Virus record (IMG/VR): IMGVR_UViG_641509473_000001
Location: 20,202-84,201 of that record
Strand: one strand, 5' to 3'
Origin: a virus
Lineage: Duplodnaviria > Caudoviricetes
Length of the DNA: 64,000 nt
Positions 33,086 through 45,000 of the stretch are shown here, piece after piece. The translations under genes and the position numbers were made by a program. Position 1 is the stretch's first letter, and every line of letters starts with the position of its first letter. The notes beneath the pieces are model-generated. The model did not search any database. It was given only the letters and a program-made list of their open reading frames with translations, and was not told the DNA's origin.

Positions 33086-36000
33086 ATGGACCTGGAGAGA
33101 TACGCCATCGTTGTTTCCGCGGCGGTTGAGGCCGACGAGCTGGTGCTGGACCTGGACAAGTCCACCTTGGAGGAGCTGGAAGCCAAGCTCAACCAGGAGT
33201 TGGCGGGTACGGACCAGGTGGGCGAGCAAGCGGGCAAGGAGCTAGCCGAGGGCTTGGAGCGCGGCGCGGTGGAGGGCCTGGACGTTCGTCAGGTCCTGGC
33301 CAAGCTCAAGGCGGCCCTAAAAGGCGAAGTGCGCGAGCTGGCCACGGAAGAGGTCAAGGCTCTCCGCGCCGCCATCCAGCACGCCTTAGGCGTAGAGCTG
33401 GACGACAACGCCAAGCGCCAGTTGGCGGAAAGCGCCAAGCTTCTTGACCGCATCATTGAATCCGCCACCCGCAACCAGAGCCTCACGGTCAAGCTTCGGT
33501 TTGACGCCGACCGGAGCGCCCTGCTTACCGCGGAGCGCTTAGCGGACGCTTATCTAAACCGGATTAGAGAAGCTCTAAAGCAAGACAAAAGCTCTCCTCT
33601 TTACCAGGCGTTTAGCGCCTTGGCTAAGGGTACGGGGGAGAAGCTATCCCCGGACGAGGCCAAGTTCAGGGCCGGTCTATTCGCCGACGTTCGCGACCGC
33701 TTCTTGGCCCTCCTCAAGCAGGACCTGCAGAGCTACATTGCCGACCAGCTCAAACGCGGACACGCCGTTGGCGATATTAAACTGCCAGACACTCAAGCGA
33801 TACTTAGCGAAGCTGGTCTGCCCACCTTGAAGCAGGCCCTGCTCTTGAGCCGGGCGGTGGACCTGGACGCGAACAACCGGGCTAAGCTGGCCAAAGACCT
33901 CGGCCAGTTTATGCCCGAAGTGGCTCAGGTGTTAAAGGCCCCTGAAAAAGGCGCAAGTTGGGAAGAAATCAACGCCGTGGTGCGTGAGGCCAAGAAGGCC
34001 ATCCACGACGCGGAGGAAGCGCGTAGAGTCGCCCTCTCGCTTAGGAGCGTAACCAAGGAGGGCAACAAACCTTTCGCCCAGCAAACGGGACGGTTCCACA
34101 CGATAGAACTTCAGGAGGAAGGCTCTCCCGACGAGTTTCAGGAGCTTTTGCGCCTTCAGGCCAGCACTCAAGGCCATGTAGACGAAACCACCTTGGCTAG
34201 GCTTGTGGTCCAGAAGCGGGCCACCAAGGCCATCCTTAAGAAGCTTTTGGAGACTGCCGACCGCCCGGAGGAGCAGGCCGTTTGGCGGGCGGCCATTGAG
34301 CGGTTGGTTATCGGCAACACGGCGTACGATTTGAAGGACGACGAGAGCTTCGCCAAGCTCATAGAGCTAGCGAAGAAACACCCGTTAGAGAAAGTGGTTA
34401 AGAACGTCCGGGAAGTGCAGTTCTCCGAGAAGGTAACCCTAAGCGACAAGTACGCGTTTGTACCCGCCTCTAACCAGGGGCGAATCTTCCTAAGCCACCT
34501 CCGGCGGGAGAACATCTACCGCACGCCCACGCAACGGCCTTTGAGCCTTAAGGTGGCGGAAGAGGGCGAAGGGGTTCGCCTAAAAGAGATGGAGGAGAAG
34601 GCGCTAGGCGACGGCGCCTTGGGCATCTTGCGTCCCCAGTCCTTGGGGTTGCCGGAGGACTACACCGGGGTAGTGCAGGTTCGCGGCGAGCTCGCGGACC
34701 CGGAGGGGAACGTCTACGCCGGGCTCAAGGGCACGGTCATCGTAGACCCTAGGGCCAAGGAGGATTTCCTCAACCTGAACGACCTTTACCGCGGGGACAC
34801 CGTGGTAGACGGCAAGAAGTACACCAAGGAAGAGGTGGACGCCCTCATACGGGAGAAGCTCAAGACGGGAGCGCTCCAGCTCAACCTCGGCATTCACCGC
34901 GTGTCCACGGTAGAGGAAGCCAAGGTGGGCAAGCAGGTCTTCCTGCGGCACATGGGCGGGGTGCCCTTCAACCGCGGGCGCATCTCCCCGTCCGAGGCCG
35001 CCAAGTGGGCGGCTCAGGCCAAGGAGCTCAAGTTCCTCCCCATGATTGCCGGTAGGGAGATGGGCCTCTCCCACTACCAGCAAATCGCCACCTTGGCCAA
35101 GACCTTTGGCGTGGAGGTGGACGAGGGCCAGTACTCTATGGCCGCGTCCCACACCGCCTACAAGGAGCTTGACCCGGAAATCTACCGCCTGCTGGAAGAG
35201 GGAGTGGAGCTTGACGCGGAAGGACGCCCCATCGTCCCCATCGTCATCGGCAAGGAAATGGCCGCCAAGCTCGGTTTGAAGGAAGGGGACATCGCCTTCA
35301 CCTTCCGCAACCCGGTGATGGGCCACGGCGGGGCGCTACTGCAGGCCCGCGTCGCCGCCATCCGCGACCGCCTGAACGCGGTGGTGGTTAACCAGGAGTA
35401 CGCCAAGAGCACGGGCGTGGACTTTGACGGGGATACCCTGGTAGTCCTGCCCAAGGGTCTACCCGTGGACCCGCACCGCCTGGAGGTCTTCCAGACCCTG
35501 ATGGCCCACGCCGGTCTGGCCGGAGGACGTAAGGGCGGAGGTTCGGTAGAGCCCTCTCCTGGAGAGCTACGCTTCAAGGAACAACTTGAAGTGTACGACA
35601 AGGTTCTCGCTCGGCTAAGCAAGTCCCGCTTGGCCGCGGAGCTACGCAACGCCGGGGTGGAGGACCTGAGCAACCCCTTTGAGGTGGTGCGCCAGCTAGA
35701 ATCCTTGGGCGAAGAGGAGCTTCTCAAAGCGTTCAAGGGGTACTTGCGGAAAGGCTTCGCCAAGGAGCTTGGCTTGGACCTGAAGAGCGAAGAGGACCGC
35801 GCCCGGCTCAACCAGTACCTTTTTGAGGGTTTCCTGGACTACCGCAAGCAGTTCCAGGACCCAAGGCGGGTCTACAAGAAGCTTCCCCTCATGCCCTCCG
35901 CCGCTTTAGCCGCTTCTTTACTCCAGGTGGAGGCCCACAAGAAGGAGTACGACCCCTCGGACCCCGTGGCCTTGGCCGCGGGCCAGCTCACCACGTCCTT

Positions 36001-39000
36001 CCTCGGCCTATCGGAAAAGCTAGCCCAGGATTTGGAAACCTCTATAGACTTTCCCAAGTTGGCCGAAGCCATTCGCGCGTACAACCAAGCGTATTCGTCT
36101 GGAAATGAAGAGCAGGTAGCGAAGGCCAGGGCCGAGCTAGTGAAGGTGCTTAACGACCCGACCGTTCAAAAGTTCTCCCTGAGCAACCTGCTTTACCAAA
36201 TCATCACCGACCGGAAGAAGCGGGACTACAGCTTGCGGGTGCGTACCGAAAGCGGAAAGACGTACGAGTACCGAAACCTGTACGCGGTGCTTAACCGCTT
36301 GATGCAGAACCTTCCCGTAGAAGAAGTGGCCGATACGGTTTATGACGCTTCTGGACAGGCCGTAGAGGAAAGGGTTCCGCTAAAGCAAAGCGCTACAAGG
36401 TCGTTGGTGAAGGGGCTCTTGGACCTTGCTTCCGGTAAGGTGAAGGAGGACCCGGATGGCACCGTGGCCGAAGACTTGGCGGACCTTCCCGTATTCGGCG
36501 AGCTAGAACAGCTATACGGTTTAGTAGCCGACGCGAAATACGACCCTAGTAGCTTGAAGTCGGCTCTTGTCAAGCCGAACAAGCCGCAAGGTTCTTACGC
36601 TGAGATTACGACCCTCCTGTACCGGGGCATAGCTAACCAAGAGGGCTTGGCGGAAACCAACTTGCCTAGGGACGAGGTGGCTAGGCGCACCGCGGACCTT
36701 TTGGCGAAGATTGCCGACCTAAAGAGGGCGGTAGCTCTTGGTGAGCTTAGAGGGTACGAACACCTCAGCCGTCAAGAGCGCGAAGAAGTCCAAAAGTACT
36801 ACCTACGGATGCTTGAAGAGCAGGAAACGCTAGTCAAGCAGTCCTATAAAGAGCTTGTAGGCGGTACTTTGCGCTCCAAGCTTCTAGAAAGCGGGTTTAG
36901 GGAAAATCTTACCCAAGCCTTGGCCGGGACTAAGGTTTCCGAGAAGAATCTGCCGGAATACGTAGAGCGCCTTATCGGACGCATAACGGCGCCTGAAACG
37001 GACGCGGAGCTTAGCGGCAGGCTACAGCGCGCCCGCAAGAACCAGCGCTTGGGGGTGCTCAACAAAGCGCTAGCGGAAATCTTTAGCGATAAAGACCTTG
37101 GCGTTGGGGAAGCCCAAGCCAAGAAGGTTTTAGAAGTTCTTCGCAAAGCGGATTTGCTTGACCCTAGCTTGGCCCTCAAATCCGGGGGCATGCTGTCGGC
37201 GGCCATCCTCCCTGTGAGCCGCCTCTCTACCTACCTAGACCTTGTTCAGCCGCCGGTAGCGGAGATACCTGAAGGTATTCGCAATCCAGAGCTCCGCTCC
37301 TTGCTTGAAAGGCTCAGGGGCGTGTCCAGCCACAAGTTCTGGAGCGAGCACCAGACCTACGGCGCCTTGGTGGACCGCTTGGCCGAGCTTCTTGGCGAAG
37401 ACACGGAGGAAACTAAGCTCGCCAGCCGCTACGTAGCCGAAGCGTTCCTAGGCGCCGACGTGGCCTACCGCGTCCTCCCCCCCACGCACTTGGGCGAACT
37501 GCTCCAGCGTGAAGTGGCCATCAAGGGTCAGCGCGGTAAGGCCGTCAAAGCGCTTCTTGGCGACAAAGCGCCTACGCTAGGCAACTTCTTCCAGACGGTG
37601 TACAAACCGCTCTGGGAGACGTTGGGGAACCTGTTGCCCGTAATGGGCCTTGTGAAGCGCGATGGCCGGGTTACCAACGTGGGCTACGAAGCCTTAGGCC
37701 CGGCGTTGCTCATGCCGGAAAGCCTAGTAAAAGGGGATACGCTAGCTTACGCTGACATACTGGCCAAATACGTTCCTGACCTAGAAAAGGCGCAAGCCAA
37801 GTTTGGAAAGCGCGGCGGAGTATTGCTTGAGCGTGTAGCTACGGGATACCTGGACGAGCGCGGGAAGTTTGTGGAAAGCGAGGAGCGGCGCGAGCTAGCC
37901 AAGTACCGCTTAGTAGTTCAGGGGGTGAACCTCGGCAAGCGGGCGGAGAGCATCACCGCCCTTCTCACCGCCGCGGTCAACCGGGTGCTTCCCGCTTCCG
38001 CTACCGTGGACAACCTAACCCCGGTGGCCCGCTTCAACCGCGAGTTGGAGCGCACCCTGCTTCAGGCCATACAGGAGGCGGTGGAGGAGCCTACCAACCT
38101 AGGCGAAGCCAAGGCGTTGGAGGCTCTAGAGGAAGCCGTGAACCAGGTGCACCAGGCCGTGGCCGAGGAGGTGAAGGACCCCGCGGTCAAAGCCGCCCTA
38201 GAAGAGGCCAAGGAGCGAGTTTTGGAGGCGCTCAAGGCCGAAGCCGAGGCCAAAGAGCCCTCCGAGCTGGAAGAGGTCAAGGAGAAGGCCAGGGAGCTTC
38301 AGGAAGCTAAGGAGAAGAACCGCGAGCGCATCCGTAGCGCCGTGGCCCGGCTGAAAGCGGGCGAGGCCAAGCTCCAGCGCATCCAGGCGCTTAAAGAGAG
38401 GCAGGACCACATCACCGGGCGCGAGCCCGTAGACGAGAAGACCCTGGAAGCTCAAGCCGCCTTCGCCGCTAGGTACGCCACCGAGGCGGTGGAGCGCGGG
38501 CAGTACGACGCCGCCGAACAGATTTTGGAGTCCATGAAGGCCAACCCCACGGTCAACGCCAAGGCCGTAGAGGAAGCGCAACGCGTGGTGCGCAATCTGG
38601 CTTCCGCCTCTGGCGGGGGCGGCGGGGACCGTCCACCTTCCAAGCCTCCGGCTCCTCCTCCGCCTCCAGAACCTGAGGACGAGGAGCGCAAGCGTAAAGA
38701 GCGCAAGGTGGTCTACTGGCCTTCCGTCTTCTTCACCGAAAAAGAACGGCAAGCGCTTTTTGGTACGCCAGAAAAACCAAAAGACTTCTCTTGGAGCGTG
38801 TACCGCGGCCTTGTGCGCAACCAGGCCGAGGAAGAGCTCTTCCGAGCGATTTACCTCAACTCTCAACGCGGCCAGTCCTCTAAGCTCGGTTTTTACGACT
38901 TTGTCGTGGAATACCCGGAGGTGGCCAACGCGTTCTTCGGTCCTCTACGCTCCTTCGCTGGTCGTGAAACCGTATTGCCGGAAAAGTACTTAGCGAGCTT

Positions 39001-42000
39001 AGCCGAACAGTTCGACAACATCCTCTCGGCCTACGAAGCCGGGGATATGGACACCCTAACCAACCTGGTGGAAGACCTGAACATTAGCGTCAAACGAATG
39101 GAGAACGCGAGCAAGATTTTGGCCGACCTCCGCGAGTTCAAGCGCACAGGGGCTCTTCCCCACGGCAGGAACCTACACACGGCTTCCAGAGACGCCCTCT
39201 ACTACCGCCGTCTGATGAGCCTTGGTGGTAAGGAGCTTGAGCGGGCGGTGGAGGAGGGCGACCTGGACACCGTGCTCAAGGTGGCCGACCGGGCAAGGCA
39301 CGTGGAAGAGCGCATCAAGCTAGTGCAGAACGCCATCTCCAACTCCTTGGCCTTCATGCTTTCCAGCACGGTCATGGGCCTATTCGGCACCATTCAGCAG
39401 GAGTTCGTCAAGATTGACCGTCAGGCCAAGGCCGTGGCCGCGCTGGCCAACATGACTGGAAAAGAGGGAATCGGTAAGGGACTCTCTCAAGTGGCCAATG
39501 CTTTGAACGTGGCTCAGGAGGAGCTCACCCAGGCCCTGGTAGCCCTGAGCAAGGAAGGACATGACCCGGAGAAGGCCCGCGAGACCTTTGCCCGGCTCAA
39601 GGGGGTGCTGGACGCCACCGGCGAGGGAATGAACGAGCTGGTTCAGCTCTACAAGGAGCTGGACCGGGTAGGGGTGGAGTCCAAAGACGCGCTCATAAAG
39701 AGCGTGGTCAAGGAGCGGGTCTATCTTGGCGAGGCCGCCGAGGTGGTGAGCAAGCTCAACCTGAAGCCTGGAGAAGTAAAGGCTTCCGACCTGGACGAAC
39801 TGATTGTGGCCGCGAGCCGCTACTACCGCTCTGGGGTGCCCCTAGTCCTACCGGAGAGGGGCGAGGAGCGTAGAAAGCGCTTAGAAGAACTGGTTAAGGA
39901 AGGCCGGGCCATCGCGGCAAGCACCCCCGACGCCAAGACCGCCCTAGAGCCCACGGCCATGGAAAGGCTCTTGAAGCAGGCGGAGCGCACCATGCGGGCG
40001 GTGATTGAGGCCGCCAAACCCGCTCTAGCCGTTATTGGAAGCTTCCTCATGGCCTTGCTCAAGGTGTTGGAGGGCGTGGCGTACGTGCTTAGCACCCCCT
40101 TGGGCAAGGTGGCGGTGGTGGCGGGAACCATCTACGCCACCCTCCTCGCCATCATGCAAATCCAGAAGACCTTCCAGGTGGCGGAGTGGGTGAAGAGCCT
40201 GATGGTGGGCCTGCAGGAGCTAAACGCGGAGCTGGTGAGCTTCCTGAAGAACCTGGTGCGGGCCTTCACCGACGGGACCTTCGCCGAAGGGCTCAAGAAC
40301 GGGCCTTTCGGCTCCCTGGTGCAGACCCTGCTGGGGAGCCTCGAGGCCGTGTTCAACCACCCCAAGCTCCGCGAGTTTGGCGCGGCGTTAGAGAGGGTGG
40401 TGAAGGGCGCCTTTGAGCGCATCAAGGTTGGCGCGGGAAGCGTGGCCGACCTCTTGCGCCGCGTTATCTTGGGCGACCGCGAAATCCCCATCGGGTTTGT
40501 GGACCCAAGCTCGGCCCGTATGGCGGAGCTTGTTCGCAAGCATGGTTGGAAAGGCGTGGTTACCGGCGCTTTGCCCATCCTCGGCGTGTTGGGAGCCGGG
40601 GCGTACCAGATGGCCCACGCCGGGGACATGAACCCCTTCCAGCACCTCTTGGCCACGGCGGGCAACGCCCTCATGTTCGCCTCCATGTTCCTACCCGGTG
40701 GGGTCTTGGTGCGCGGCCTTACCTTGCCCTTGCGGGCCTTGGCCGGAGCGGCGGGCGCGGGGCTTGCCTTTGGCGTGCCCTTCTTGGCCGAAAGGACCAA
40801 GCGCGCTAGGGAAAGCGCCGAAGCCGATAAGGAGTTCAACCGGGCGTTGTCCATCGCGGGAGGACCGGAAGCCTTGGCCAAGGCCGTGGCGGGCGAGCTC
40901 ACCCCGGCTTTGGAAAAGGCCGGATACAACGCGGAAAACCTAGGTCAAATCCTGGACGCCGCCATGACCAAGGGAAGCGCCAAGGTGAAGAACGCGGCCC
41001 GCGAGGTCAAGGCTATGGCCGATAGCCTGGTGGGCGTGCGTCGGGTGATGGACGGCCTAGAGGAGCGCTCGCGTAAGTATGTTCAGGAATACGCTTCCTA
41101 CTTCCGCTTCGCCGGGTCCAACGCGTTCACCACGCTAACCGACGAGCAGTTGGAAGTCTTCAACCGCCTATTCACCACCGAGCTAACCCAAGAGCCCGCA
41201 TACCGGGTCTTGACCAAAGGGCTCAACCTCCGCCTGCAGGCCAAGATAGTTGAGCTATTCCAACAGAACTTCATAGAAGGACCTTTGGGGTTTATGGCAA
41301 GAGGTTTAGGCATAGACCAAGGCAAGCTACTGTACGAAGTGGCCAAAGTGCGCGAAGAAGCCCGCCAGTTTAGCATGGTGGACCAGGGCTACTTCCCGGA
41401 GCTCTTCAAGTCCGCTAGCTTGGACTACTACACCGGGAAGGGTCTGGACTACAACCTGAAGAACGCCCTGATGGTGGAGCTCCTGAGCGGGCTTCGCGGG
41501 GCCACGCTTGGCGAAACGCTTAAGCGCACCCAAAGCGCCCTTGGCTTGGTGGGGGCTAGCACCGGATTCGCTATCGGCACGGCCATTCTTCCCGGTGCCG
41601 GTAGCTTCCTGGGAGCCTTGCTTGGCTACCTGCTTAGCCAGTTCGCTAGCCCTTACGTAGCGGGCTTGGCTCAGAGGTACGGCAACCTGAACGTGGTGCG
41701 GCCCACGGGCTATCCATCCGCCTCCCTTAGGGCCGCGCTCTCCGTGGCCGGGGCTAGCGCTCAGGTAGAGGCCGACCTGGTGGACGCTTTGAAGACCGAC
41801 GGGGTAAAGAGGGCGGAAGCGGTATTCACCAGGGGCCTTTCCGCCTTCCGGGGCAAGGAGAGGGTGAAAGCCCGCCAAGCGGTGGAAGAGGCGGTCAAAG
41901 AGCTTAACGAATACGTGAGCACCGTGCAGAGCGGCCTGGTCAAGCAGTACACCCTCCAGGCCCTAGGCTTTGACTTCAAGGCCCGGCTTGAAGGCGGACA

Positions 42001-45000
42001 GGCGTACATGAGCCTTGGGGGTCTTGGTACCCGCCGGATACGCTCCCAGCTTCCTGAGCTGGAGGCCCAGTACCGCGCCGAGCTAGAGAAGCTTAACATT
42101 CTAGAAGCCGGGTTTAGTAAGTACCTCACCTTCACCCGCACAGACTCTGGGGTGGAGGTGCGCATACGGGAAGGGCAGGAACTTAACCCCATCGCGCAAG
42201 CGGCTTTCGCCCGCGCGGTGGAAGAGGTCAAGGACTTTGGTCTCAACCTCGCCAAGCTAAACGACCAGCTCAAGCAGGTGCGCTTTGCCGAGCTCTTAGA
42301 GCAAATCGCCATCAAGGCCGAAGAGGCGTTCGTGCGCCGGATTGGCCAGATTGGCCAAGGCGCGGAGCTGGTGGCCGGTAAGCTCGCGATGCCGGAAAGC
42401 CCCTTCAACGCCTTCCTCAACCGCCTGGTGCAGAATAACCTTAGGGACACCGGGCTCTTCGGGGACACCCGCGGCGGCCTTGCTTCGCCGCAAGGCTTCA
42501 ACCCGACCTCCGTGTTCGGCGGTAAGGTTACCCAGAAGCCTGGAGAAAAGCTTACCAACCCCAACGGCCACCGGGGGTACGACATCGCCCTGCCCGCGGG
42601 CTCGCCCGTGCGCTGGGGCAATGTTGAAGGCAAGGTGCTCCAGGTGGGCTACGAGGAGAAGGGCTACGGGAACTACGTGGCCGTCCAGGCCCCGGATGGG
42701 AGCGTTCACATCTTCGCTCACCTGCAGGAGCTTCCCAAGCTAAAGCCGGGGAGCGTGGTGAAGCCTGGTCAAGTGCTAGGCAAGTCTGGAAGCACGGGTA
42801 AGTCCACCGGGCCGCACCTGCACTACGAAATCCTCTCCCCCAACCGGGTGCCCGTGCGGGACGAGGCGGCTTTCCAGACATACGCTAGCCGCGTGTACGG
42901 CCAGAACGCCCTAAGCGTTCCCGCCTCGGAGTTCCTGCTAGACGAGAAGACCCTGAAGGAAGCCGAGCTCGCGTGGCGGAAGGTGATGGCGCCCTACTTC
43001 GCCGCCCCGTACGGCACCAGCGTGGAAAAGCGGCAGGAGCTTCTCAACCGGGCGGTTCAGGCGGCCCAGCAAGACGCCGCCATCCGCAAGGCGGCCCTCA
43101 CCGCCTTCCAGCAGGTGTACGAGCGGGCGCCTAAGAAGGGCGAGCTGGAAGCCTTCGTGCGCAAGGTGATTTACCTGAGCGCCGAAGGGCGGGACCTGGA
43201 CAACGCCCTAATCCTCGCCTTGGGCGAAGCCCAGGCTAGGGAGCGGGAAACGGCTATGGAGAAGGGCACGGTGCGGCTTGAGCGGGAGCTTTACGCCCCC
43301 GACAAGACCATCACCACCTTCCGCTTCCAGCGGGAGCAGGCGGAGAAGGAGTTTGAAGAGGCCAGGCTACGCGCCAAGACGGAGATGGAGACCGCCTTGG
43401 CCCAGCTGGACGCCCGCTACAAGACGGACCAGCGCCCGGTGGACCTAGCCTACCGCTCCGAACGCCAGCGCATTCTGGACCGCTACAAGACCGAGGTAGC
43501 TAGGCTTCAGCAAAACCTAGACGTCAAGCTAGCGGAGATTGCGTACAACGAACTGGTCTACCGGCTTGAAAGGGAAACGGCCCTCATCCGCAACGAACGG
43601 GAGCGCATCACCCGCCAGCTCAACGCGCTCAAAGCTTACCGGGAGCAGAACTGGAACAAGCTCAAGGCCAACACCAACGCCGAGCTAAACAAGCGGATTG
43701 AAGAGCTAGAGCTCCAACTGGCCATGATGGGGCCGGACTTCAGCGCTTTGCGTGAAGCCGAGGTCCGGGCCAACCTAGCCCAGATGCTCACCGGGCTAAA
43801 CCGTCCCAACCTTGCACTCAACGTTCAGAAACTGGCGGAAAGCGTCTACAACGATAGGGAACTCACCACCGAGCAAAAGCGCAAGCTTGGGGTCAACCCC
43901 TTCGCCACTTCCCTTCAGGACCTCCTGCTTCCCGGTGGCCTCATGGAGGGCTTCCTCGCCGCCGGGAAGGTGGCCGACAAGTACGCCGACACCACCCTTC
44001 CCAAGCTCCAGGCGTACAAGAACCGCCTGGCCTACGCCGCTTTGCAGGGCGCGGCTTACTTACTGGAAAGCCCGGTGGAGCTCGCCAACCTGCTCCAAAA
44101 GAAGGCGGAGTACATGGCCTCCGAGCTACGCAAGAACCCCAAGGTGGCCCAGGCGGCCAAGGCGCTTGGGGTGGGCGTGGAAGAGCTCGTGGGCTACGTG
44201 GCGGAGAACGTCTTGGGTGGAGCGCTTAGGGAAGGGTACGCTTTGGCCCGTCAGGCCAAGCAGAGCGCCCTACAGCTCAGGGTGCTTGGGGCCGCGGCCT
44301 CGCCCTTCTTCTCCGACCTCAGCGTGGACTTCCAGCGCCGCGCCTTGGAGATGGAGGCCGGGCTTGAAGACCTAAAGCGCTCGCCCCTTGACCTTAGCGG
44401 TACTGAACGCCTAGAGCTTATCAAGCGGGCGGAAGCGGCGGTCAAGCGGGCCAAGGAGGTCGCCCCCATCCTGGACGAGGTGGCCACCCGGTACAACCGT
44501 CTTCAGGTTGCGGCCTTCCGGGACAACCTGCAGGGCGGTAGGTTGCTAGAGGCCCAGCTCCAGTTCGCGGAAAGCGTGCTGGAAAATAAAAGGCTTTCCG
44601 ACGAGGAGCGCTACGGCGTTCTTCGCTCCTTCGGGCTTAGCCCGGAGGGCCTGAGGCAACAGATTCGGGACCTGGTCTTCCAGCGGCAAGCCGAAGTGCA
44701 GGACTTCGCCTTCCGCTTGCGCCAGCGGGAGCAGGCGGTGGCCCTCTTCCAGCGCTACGGCCTGTCGCCCAGCCTCGAGGCCGACCTCGCCCGCGCCGAG
44801 CTTGAAGTTCAAAGGGAGCGCGAAGCGGCCCTTCTAGAAGTTGCCCGCCAGAGGGAGCAGACCCTGAGGGCGGTGGACACCTACAGCACCCCCGAACTCC
44901 TAGCCGTGGCGCAAGAGCTAGGCGTGCCCGCCGAAGTGGAAGACCTTAGGACGGCGGTCAAGGAAGCGCTTAGGGAGAGGTTCGCCGCGCTTGAGCGGGC

